Source: Euprymna scolopes (Eukaryota). Taken from it: a stretch of 64,000 bases of DNA. The notes beneath the pieces are model-generated. The model saw only the letters and a program-made list of their open reading frames with translations, made no database searches and was not told where the DNA came from. The position numbers and the translations under genes were made by a program. The stretch lies in NCBI GenBank assembly GCA_053919585.1, contig CM132810.1. One strand, 5' to 3'. Shown piece by piece: positions 24,698 through 35,115 of this stretch (the stretch's first letter is position 1; each line of letters starts with the position of its first letter).

Positions 24698-25148
24698 TCT
24701 AATTTATAAAACTCACTATGTATGTCTGTCTGTCTCCATATGTTCAAACTATCTCTCCGAACTAAAAGTCGCAGAGCGCCGCTAGGGGTCTCAAATGATT
24801 GGATATTTTTTATAGAGAGTTGAGGGGGTCTTTAGCCGGTAAAATAGTTTTGAAGGGGTCAAGAAGAGGTCAAAATTTAAAAAAATCGCCATACATTTTG
24901 TACATTAATCTTAGCTTATTTTTTTATCAATTCGTATGCGTGTAACGTTTGTACAGTGGTAACGTCACAGCTTCGAATACTACAGATTTTGTTTCGGTTT
25001 CGATTCTGGCTGAGGACACTGAAATACTTTTTTTTTACTTTTGAAATCAGAACTCTATAATAATATATATGGAATGTGGACAAATTAAAATATCATATTT
25101 AAGAGTATGTTACGACCAGACAAAGCCGGGCACTCCCTCCCCCGCTAG
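24698..25148 (+). mobile_element. Non-autonomous Helitron (~450 bp)
   Basis: A|TCTAAT start, (TGTC)n, degenerate hairpin CCAGACAAAGCCGG and CTAG|T end. Confidence 0.7.
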
Positions 25149-25639
25149 TCGGTGATAACTTACTCGTAAATGGCCGTTGTGAGTACGCCAAAACACATAA
25201 AATACAGGAAATATGCGAAAAGCAAAAACAAAAAAAAAAAATGTAAGACTGCAACCGATTGTTATAAGCGATAGATCCCTAGCGCAAACACTTAGCAAAT
25301 AAGAAAACATTTATAGAAGATTTATATTTTGTATTGTTGGATGATTCGGATTACTGTTCTCATCTTCAGTATTATTCTTTCAACGTTCCGAACGACCTAC
25401 TTCCGGCGTATGTTGGCAATGGTGGAAAGAATGTTTCTATTTTTTTTTACAGCGAAGCAAAATCGTAAGAATTTAAAATAATTGATGTGTTTATAAATTG
25501 GAAAGAGCGTCTATTCCTTTTCTATTTTCATATTAATTCTGTTCCGTACCATTTTGAGAAGATGTTTTTCAAAACGCTTTGGAAATAAATAAAATAAGAT
25601 CAGAACAGTTTACAAGAAAGTTCTTGCGGTTTTCAAATT

Positions 25640-27150
25640 TAAAATTCATATGAACATATCTCGGCTCAAACAAAAACTATTGATCGAAATAAGCACCATC
25701 AGAATCAACAAACCAACGCAAAATAAGTGTATTTATGCCAGTAACGTAAAAATCTTGTGTTCTTGTAACGATCAAGTCGCTGAAGCCGTTTATGACATCG
25801 CTTAAGTTTTGAAGCATTTCTCATACAAAAAGTTGTCCAGATGCTTTTTTTTTTTACACAGTGATCACCACTTATCAAGGCCCGGAAGCCACTCAGGGAT
25901 AAGGGTTATTGCAACTACATTACGTTAGTGTGGAGATTTGATGAAGTGTTTACTTAAGGGGGCGGTTCATTAGGAATTTGTTAACATTGGACTTGAAGAC
26001 ATCCAAGTTGTAGTCAGGTGCGAAGCAGGCAGACGGAACAGAGTTCCACAGGCGTGCAGTTCTAAGAAAGAAGCTTTGTTCATGGAATCCACGCTTTGAT
26101 TTAGGCACAGATATAGAGTGGATTCAGCTAGACGGGTGTTTTTCGTAAAAGATTGGCGAAAGAGGACCAGAGATTGGAGTTCAGACGAGCACCTGCCATG
26201 GAAATAACGATAAAACAAGGATAGGCTCGCAACGTCTCTTCTGTGGGAGAGAGCTTGCAGGGTTGAGAAAAGGGGATCCAAAAATTGTAGTCGATAGGTG
26301 CGAGTTCTGGAAGGTTTGGCGAATGAGGCAAAGTTTCGTAACATAATTCGTTCAACTTCTACAGGGTCAGTTTAGCAACGTGCGGTTCGATATATTCCGG
26401 GAGGAGAATTGGGCCTTTTCTGTTGACTAATCTTGGGTGTTGTTGTCGAAGTTTCTGATACATTTCATCCCTTTGTTGATAGTACTTTTCCGCCGTAATT
26501 ATTTCGCCTGCATTCAAGAAACTGTAATAAATGTGACCGATCACAGACCCTTAAACAGTCAGCATGACCTTTTGTGTGCTACTCTGGCTTTGAAAAATGC
26601 CGTAGAGCTTTGTCGACGTCTAACTACTAGGCTGAGCGTCGCCGGTTGTCGTAAAGAACCTACTTTTAATCGCAAGCCACAACCCGCTCGAAAAACAGGT
26701 CGTTCTTGTTGCGTAAAAGAAGGGAAGATGACACTTCATGGCGGCATTTCTTTTGTTCAATACGTGAGGCCCTCATTTATAAAGTTTGTGTTGTCTTTTG
26801 AATCTTACTCAAGTGGTTGGAAATCGTCGTATACGCTACGTTTAATTCAGAAGGAAGTTCTTAAACAATTGTGCGTTGATTGGCTCTTAATTGATCACTA
26901 CACTCATCATATTCAAGACTCTGGTCGCTGCAACGATATTTCTTAAACCACCATTGTGCGGAGCGTTCAGTAGTGGTTCCTAAGCCAAACGCTTCGTTGA
27001 TATCGTGAGTTGTTTCAGCAGCTTTTCGGCCTAGCTTGAATTGAAATAAGAAAATTGTGCGCCTTTTCTTTTTTCCATCTTGTATTCAATGTTCTAAAAC
27101 GAAGACAGAATTGGTTGAAACGATTGTAATTAAAACCATTAGCGCTATTT
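25640..27150 (-). mobile_element. Decayed mariner (DD34D) transposon split by a LINE
   Basis: Translates to ITAEKYYQQRDEM..LVNRKGPILL..PHVAKLTL..YETLPHSPNLPELAPIDYNF, continuing after the LINE as HLDNFLYEKCF..DFYVTGINTLILRW..DSDGAYFDQ*. Confidence 0.85.
25845..26275 (-). mobile_element. LINE family B 3' fragment inserted in the mariner
   Basis: High similarity to 1085-1530; poly(T) at 25845-25855. Confidence 0.9.
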
Positions 27151-28859
27151 AAAATGATATGTAAAGTAAAGTTATTATAAGGAAAACTTATTTGAAAAAA
27201 CATCATTTGAAATCAAAATTAAAAATTCCATAAAATCATCTAAAACAATTCTGAAAAATCTTATTGCGTTATTTTGCGGCATATCAAGTTATTTTGGAGT
27301 TCTATATAAAATTAAGCGCACCAGAACCTGCAGGTCTTACCGACAACTTTGTATAGAAACCGATAGCTATGAGGATGAGTGGACGATTCTTCGAGGCACG
27401 TTAGGTTTTCTCAACACGGATCTATGGATGACACAGAACACCGAACATCACCGCAAATTGATTTATTTATATTCGATAAACCCGCTTTGAGCTTAGCAAG
27501 CCAACACAACACCCGATGGACTTCCCTGTATATCGGTTTTGTAATATGTTATTTTATTAAATAACTATTTTTTGCCGTTGGTGAATAACTGAAAAAATCG
27601 ATTTTCAAGACAAACTTATGTTCGATTATCTGCACGGATTGTGCTTATGTGGATTTTGGTTTAATTTATTCTCAAATCGAACATTTCAGATGACTTTAAT
27701 CTACAAAATTCATACCATCAAGCACTACGCATGATTAGAAAAAAATGAAACTGCGGTATTAAGCCTAAAAAAACGAGAGGGAATGGCAGGGCGTGTCAGT
27801 TTCATGAACCATGTAAGTTGTTCAAAATGGTGTTTTATGAGTTTTTTAGTATGTGACTAAATATGCAGCTATAACATAATTTTGTAAGATGCAATACGAA
27901 ACAATATTTTGATGTATATCTTTTAAAAAGTAATAAANNNNNNNNNNNNNNNNNNNNNNNNNNNNNNNNNNNNNNNNNNNNNNNNNNNNNNNNNNNNNNN
28001 NNNNNNNNNNNNNNNNNNNNNNNNNNNNNNNNNNNNNNNNNNNNNNNNNNNNNNNNNNNNNNNNNNNNNNNNNNNNNNNNNNNNNNNNNNNNNNNTGTCA
28101 GACGAGTTCGACTCCACCAGACACTGAAAGTCCATGAGCCCGAAAATGACTTATTTAGTCCTGCCGGCGAATTCACAAGCTCAAGCAGACATGACACTGA
28201 AGACGGTCATTGGTATACATACAGAGANNNNNNNNNNNNNNNNNNNNNNNNNNNNNNNNNNNNNNNNNNNNNNNNNNNNNNNNNNNNNNNNNNNNNNNNN
28301 NNNNNNNNNNNNNNNNNNNNNNNNNNNNNNNNNNNNNNNNNNNNNNNNNNNNNNNNNNNNNNNNNNNNNNNNNNNNNNNNNNNNNNNNNNNNNNNNNNNN
28401 NNNNNNNNNNNNNNNNNNNNNNNNNNNNNNNNNNNNNNNNNNNNNNNNNNNNNNNTATACATTTACCTACATATACATACACATACATATATGCATTTAT
28501 ACACAAACATATATATATATGCATATATACACATACATATGCATAATACACACACAAATATACATATGTACATACAAACACACATGAACATATATACACA
28601 CATATATATATATGATGATTGCAACGTCTTGTCAGACGAGTGCCACTCCCTCAGACATTTAAAATCCATGAACCCAAAAGTCTGAGGGAGTATCTATACA
28701 AATATGATGTTACAGAGTTTTAGTTTTGTACGACAGCTAAGTCTCTCTCTCGGTTCAAAATGTTGAGATCCAGCAACAAGCAAGAGCAAGATAGCCAGCA
28801 ACTAATTAAACTGCAGACCAGCTTAATGCGGGTACTGGTCTTCCGCTTTATGTTTTTTT

Positions 28860-28932
28860 TTAAATCAGAGATTTGTTTCTCCTAGAAAGGTTGCCTTCAC
28901 CACGGCTTACGGGAGCCCTCTCTACCCCAATA
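28860..28932 (-). mobile_element. Possible RTE-type LINE 5' UTR fragment
   Basis: Minus strand GGCAACCTTTCTAGGAGAAACAAATCTCTGATTTAAA resembles RTE 5' regions as I recall them; no second copy in the window. Confidence 0.35.
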
Positions 28933-29388
28933 CACATATACACACATACAAATATACACGGTGCTAGTTGGCCGTTGACCCAGAAAAAGAGTTCATTCGC
29001 CCTTTGGAAGGTATTGTTTTTAATCCTTCAGGGAGACTAGCCGCCCTCCTCACCAAACAAGTCTGGTGGGGGAACCAGTTTAGTCGCCGGTGACCCGACC
29101 ATGTGGCAGGTAATACTGGGTTACATGGTACCAGTAGCATATGACATGACCTGACATATACATACATACATATATACAGACATACATATACACATACATA
29201 TAAAATACCCATGAAGGAGCGTTCCGAGAGCCATATCCCCAATGATCAGGATGAAGGTGATGAGTACGATTCAATGGGCTTGACATGAATAAAAAAGAAA
29301 AACAATCCAAAACAAACAATTTGTAGAAGAGACAGTCAGTCGTTGAAGTGTGTGTGCAACTTTGCAAAGGAATTGACGTAGGGATCAA

Positions 29389-30008
29389 ACGAAAACAAAA
29401 TCCAAAAAATCAGTACTGAAACGCCTGGACTTTAAAAAAATAATAATATGTTTTTATAAGACACACACTACTGCTGTAGATAATAATGATGATGACAAAT
29501 TACACACATTATTTAAAAAATAAATTGATGTAGAAATCAGACGAAAACAAATATCCAACTGAACGCCTGGACTTTTTTTTTCTGATTTCTACGTCCATTT
29601 ATTCGTAAAATAATGTGAGTATTATCATCGTCATCATCATCATCATCATTAACTATAATATATGCGAATTAAGGATGGAGTGAAATGAATATAGAAGTGA
29701 CAGCAAATAAAATAGCATTGGACCATACTGAGTATGATTGTTCACAGCAATATAAGAATTGAGATTATGCCGATGGTATATTAGGCTATGCCTTATGTAT
29801 GTGTTCAGATAGTGCTGAAGACTTTAGATTAGATTGAGATTAGAAAGGAGGTGTTTCTTATAGTGTTTGCAATTAATATTTGCTGCCACCTATATATCCC
29901 TTTCACTGTATCCTTAATTCGCCTATATTAAGTATCTGCCCCGCTATAAGCCCTTATATAACCATTAATAACTACATACTTTTTATTGCAGAGACACGTA
30001 CATCTTTT

Positions 30009-30050
<42 letters not shown>

Positions 30051-30753
30051 TTCTGTATTGTTTTTTTTTACATATGTCTAAAATTCTGATTCCCACCTAT
30101 ATTGTAAACGTACATATTACTATACCCATCCCCCACAACCTCATAAGACGAAAACAAAATCCAACAGATCAGTACTAAAACACCGGGACTTTTTTTTTTT
30201 AATAAAACGTTTGTTTATAAGACACACACTTTTGCTGTAGATAATGATGATGATGATGATGATGGCAAATCACACACATTATTGAAAAAATAAATGGACG
30301 TAGAAATTCAGACGAAAACAAATATCCAACTGAACGCCTGAGCTTTTTTTTCTGATTTCTACGCCCATTTATTTGTAAAATAATGTGTGAAATTTGTCAT
30401 CATCAGCATTAATATAGGCGAATAAGGATGGAGTGAAAAGAAATATAGAGGTGACAGCAAATAAAGTAGCATTGGTGTTTCTTATAGTGTTTGCAACTAA
30501 TATTTGCTCTCACCTATATATCCCTTTCACGCCATGCTTAATCTACCTTAATATTAAGTGTGTACCCCGCTATACACCCTAACCCTAACCATTAATAAGT
30601 ACATATTTTTATTTCAGAAAATCGTACATATTTTATCATATATATATTTTTATATGTGAATTCTGTATTGTTTTTTTTACATATGTCTAAAATTCTGCTT
30701 CCCACCTATATTGTAAACGTACATATTTCTATACCCATCCCCCACAACCTCAT
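29389..30753. repeat. Tandem duplication (~760 bp plus ~605 bp), each copy containing an internal foldback
   Basis: Copy 1 29389-30147, copy 2 30148-30753 with an internal deletion; arms ..TAGAAATCAGA / TCTGATTTCTA.. in each. Confidence 0.9.
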
Positions 30754-30994
30754 CTTAGTACTTTTCCTCCCCGTTAGTTTATGTTTCAATACTTGTATAA
30801 CTAAATTTAAACTATATATAACTTAAATGAAGAAAAGAGCCTTGAATCCGATGAAGTTTTGCAAATAAGCATATATTGCATTTTTTTTTACCCCTTTATT
30901 ATATATCTGTATATGTAGAAATGTGTATTCTTGTGTATCTATTTGTATTTGTGTATATATACTTCTCTCTTAATCCTCTGTCCTGGATATGAGC

Positions 30995-31250
30995 TTAAAC
31001 TATATCCAGTGGTGAGGCCCAAGCTTGCGGGCTTTGGGGAGTGTGGAGCCACCCTTTAATTGCCATTGCTCCCAGGTCCACTCTGACCCGGAGTGGTAGT
31101 ACCTGTTAGGGTTCCAACTATGGGTTAAATAGAAACCGACTTGAAAACAACAAATATATTCTATTAAAAATTTTCTTCAAAATCTTTGGATTCGGCATTA
31201 AATAACTTGAAAAGGGTTGATATGCCGTAAAACAAAAACAACCAACCAAT
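30995..31250 (+). mobile_element. Probable SINE body and tail
   Basis: GC-richer core, terminal stem CGGCAT..ATGCCG and (AACC)n/A-rich tail; family recognition is from memory only. Confidence 0.4.
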
Positions 31251-31732
31251 CTATACTTAAATAAAAAATAAAAAAAACAATGATATTATAAACTTTAATC
31301 AATAACTAGTATAATGAATACTTTACATAACACATATAATAATTAACACCGTTTATAACTCATTATAATCATAATACTAAGAATTAACACCCTTTATAAC
31401 TCATTATAATCATAATACTAATAATTGCTTATCATTAATAATATGCGTATATTTTCGTATTTACATATCCATATAGATCTGTATACTTTTTAATGCACCC
31501 GATTAAATTTTAACGTCTCTTAATAATTTCGTAATAAGTTCCATAATGTTTTTTAATCGCAAAGTTTAATTTAAATATAATTCATTTTAATTTTAATAGT
31601 CTAATACTATTTACTTACATATATACTTATGTCTGTACGTATGTTTATTTTTGTAGATGTTCGTCTGTGTATATGTATTGTATACATATATATGTGGATG
31701 TATATGTAAATGTATATGTTAATATATATATG

Positions 31733-31771
<39 letters not shown>

Positions 31772-32029
31772 ATGATTGTTTGTATATCTATAAATACAGT
31801 TGTTATTCGTGTATATGCGTATTTTCTTGTATGTATATATGTGTGTGTGTTGCTGTGCACATGTATGTATGTATATGTATATTTTGTACGTATGTATGAC
31901 TCGGTATGATTATGCTTGCATTAGTCTCTCACTACTAAACTTATAACGACACGTAACTCTTGATGTCAACAAATACATTTGCAAACTTCTTTCCCTGACA
32001 CGTTGAAAATCAGTTTACAGTTCCAGTAA

Positions 32030-32626
32030 AATATCCAGTTGTTAAACTAATTTTGAATAATCTTCCAATAGGAAGTCTCACTGACTAAAACAGATGGCTA
32101 TTTGTAGCGACCATATGTAACTTTTTAGCCTTAAATAATATATATATATATATATATATATAACATGTTTTTCAGGCTAAAATAATGAAATATCTAATTC
32201 TCTTTCTCCGCCTCTCTCTGTTATTCTCTGTCTGTCTGTCTGCCTGTCTCTGCGTATAAGAAACGTTTTTGTACGTATTTTCTCATGTGTAAAAACGAGG
32301 TTTATAAATATAATATAATATAAGATTTATATCCAGTTGTTACACTAATTTTGAATAATCTTCCAATACGAAGTCTCATTGACTGAAACAGATGGTTATT
32401 TGTAGCGACCAACTGTAACTTTTTTAGCCTTAAATAATATATATATATATATATATATATAACATGTTTTTCAGGCTAAAATAATGAAATATCTGATTCT
32501 CTTTCTCTGTCTCTCTCTCTGTCTCTCTCTGTCATTCTCTGTCTGTCTGTCTGTCTGTCTGTCTCTGCGTATAAGAAACGTTTTTGCACGTATTTTCTCA
32601 TGTGTAATAACGAGGTTTATAAATAT
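32030..32626. repeat. Tandem duplication of ~297 bp
   Basis: TATCCAGTTGTTA.ACTAATTTTGAATAATCTTCCAATA at ~32033 and ~32329; copies colinear to GAGGTTTATAAATAT. Confidence 0.9.
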
Positions 32627-32849
32627 CATCTTTTTCATATTTATTGTTCAGGACTTTTCGACTTTTTAAAAAAAAATTAGACTCGACGATTGAACAAACT
32701 ATTTTTTAAAAAATGCATGCGTAATTTTCGGCCTCTGATCCAATTCTAATTTCTGCCATTTGGTCTAATTTGTCTTTTCTCTCTCTTGAACTGACGCACA
32801 TTTCTTTGACATGAAGTTGGAATTAATTGGCTTCATCTTTTCTGCTGAT

Positions 32850-32850
32850 T

Positions 32851-32906
<56 letters not shown>

Positions 32907-32942
32907 GGTGGTGGTGGTGTTGCTATTATATAGTCTTTTGTG

Positions 32943-33011
<69 letters not shown>

Positions 33012-33130
33012 AAACGGCTGAAATATTAAGGTAAACCCTTGAATGCTGAGAATAATGCACATGAAACACATGCGTGAGCAATACAAACTGCTAGCAGAGG
33101 CGAAACGAGAAGAAGCCTTACTGGGAATGA
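32850..33130 (+). mobile_element. Opposed (ATT)n/(TAA)n microsatellites followed by a short R4/Dong-like 3' fragment
   Basis: ACGGCTGAAATATTAAGGTAAACCCTTGAAT matches 54817-54848, the end of the RLE ORF. Confidence 0.5.
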
Positions 33131-33150
33131 AGAACACTCAACCATTACAC

Positions 33151-33196
33151 CCTGCACTGATGATTTGTGAAAAGATGAAACACTAGTGTCTGTAGG
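33151..33196 (+). ncRNA. Type I hammerhead ribozyme (family 3; stem II eroded)
   Basis: CCTGCA CTGATGA tttgtgaaaagat GAAAC ACTAGT GTC TGTAGG. Confidence 0.7.
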
Positions 33197-33453
33197 TATT
33201 TAATAATTATTATAGTAAATGATAATGTTAAGTTCTAATAAAGTCGGTCAACTTAGTTCATACGCGCAGATCGTCATATTATGATTAGATCACTCTGACT
33301 GACGTTAAACGCATTTAATAAGAATAAATGTTTAACATCACCTGTACCTCTCGTGATTGACGGTAACTGAATGGTTCAAGTCCTTACTAATGAAGCCAGA
33401 CATGACTTCTGTTGCCGGGGTTCGAATCTCTCGACTGGTGTTAATCCTGCCAC

Positions 33454-33499
33454 CCTGCACTGATGATTCTCGAAAGGATGAAACACTGGTGTCTGTCTG
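33454..33499 (+). ncRNA. Type I hammerhead ribozyme (family 3)
   Basis: CCTGCA CTGATGA TTCTCGAAAGGAT GAAAC ACTGGT GTC TGT. Confidence 0.7.
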
Positions 33500-33520
33500 T
33501 ATTTAATATAGTAAATAATC

Positions 33521-33559
<39 letters not shown>

Positions 33560-33999
33560 CTAAGAAAGTGAAATATAGTTAATTATTTTCTATTCGACAA
33601 TTTTTACATTTTTTTCTTTTGAAAATAAAATGTAATTAATTATTTTACTGATTAGTCAATGAATTCTAATAAGCTTGCAATTAATTGTGAGCGGGAAAGA
33701 TATAATGAGATATTTTAATGGAGATTCTGGCGTAGAATCTCTAGTTTCTTAATGAGACTTGGCGTAATTTGACAAGTTGCTTGACACACATTTAGGCGTA
33801 AGGCTACAAATGAATTATTCTGCTTTCAGGTTTATGATTTGAAAATTGGCAAAAACATCCAAAGAGGAATAAGAAAATGAAATGGCGAAATGAAAGGGAA
33901 GAGAAGAGAAAAAAGAAGACCATGACGTTCTGTTTTACAAGTACTTTAAATAAATGTGCTTATACGCTACCTGAAATCTTTTCGTCTAAACACCTTGGC

Positions 34000-34560
34000 T
34001 TAAGACCTACAGATAACACGAAGTAGAACAAATACAGTAAAGACATTGACAAAGCTGCTGCATATAAGGTGGGCTCCCTCTGCCGTGTTAGAAAACCTGA
34101 CAATATACTGTATCTCTACACAATCACAGCTGATTCATGCATGGGGTATTGTTGCCATATCTGAGCTGGTTTATTTGCCACTAGTTCCCCTCCCCCTCAG
34201 GTAGGGTTAAAAAAAAGAGTCTACAACCTTACAGCCCTCCCTAATCTATTAAGTACGATCCAACCTCTGTTTGATCGCCTGTTTTAACGGAATGTGCGCT
34301 GACCAACTCTGGTTTACATCCTCGAAGTAGATACCCTCGATTAACCCAACCAGAAATAAAATCCCACCCCTTCACTGTTAAATCCCCTATATGGCAGAGA
34401 GATATATTCTGATAGTTTTTTTTTCCATCGGAGTTCTTGACTTTGGAATTCCGTCCATGTTTCTTGCTTGTCGAACCGTACCAACATGCAGAAGTTTAAC
34501 CGCAATGTGAACAACATCTCTCTGCTCAACTCCCAGCAGTTATCTGATAGACATGTTCCT
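34000..34560 (+). mobile_element. Highly decayed CR1/L2-group LINE 3' portion
   Basis: Remnants KAAAYKVGSLCRVRK, ILYLY, GYCCHI*AG, HPFTV, LWNS. Confidence 0.7.
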
Positions 34561-34687
34561 AAATAGTAACCCCTTACTTACAAAAGGTAGAGGCGAAAAA
34601 ATAAAATGAAGAAGAAACGAAGAAATAGAGAAATTTGCGAGGACAAAAAAAAATGAATTAAAGATAAAGAAAGAAACGAAAATGAAA

Positions 34688-35115
34688 TCTATATATCTAT
34701 AAAAGTGAACGTGTCAGTGTGTCTGTCTGTGTGTATGTGTGTATGTCTGTGAACATTTCCCTACGCAATAACTCTGTCAATTTTTAGTCTACATACTCGA
34801 AATTTGATATACAGGGTACTGAGATTTGGGAAAATCGAAGTGATCGGGTTTCGGCCAGAAATTTGGCTGTTAAGTGGTCAAAGTTCAACAATTTGACCTT
34901 TGAGAACTCTACCAAACTCCTCCGACAATTTTAGGTCTAAACTCTGAGAATTTTAGATATCCATTCCTTGGGCATGGATCTAACTTAATAACTTCAGTTG
35001 AGCCCAAAACAATAAATGTTAAGGGGTTATAATAGGGGTCAAAGTTTCAAAAATTGACCTTTTTTGCTCAGCATACACCTCCAAACACCCGGGCAACGCC
35101 GGGCACCCATGCTTG
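34688..35115 (+). mobile_element. Non-autonomous Helitron (same family as 3841-4282)
   Basis: A|TC start, colinear similarity to the reverse complement of 3841-4282, hairpin CCCGGGCAACGCCGGG, CTTG|T end. Confidence 0.85.

Larger units (their letters stand above)
33148..33522 (+). mobile_element. Retrozyme-like element (family 3): hammerhead - spacer - tRNA-like head - hammerhead
   Basis: Hammerheads at 33151-33196 and 33454-33499 with GUC sites 303 nt apart; A-box TAACTGAATGG at 33364; B-box GGTTCGAATCT at 33419; ends in (TA)n. Confidence 0.75.
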
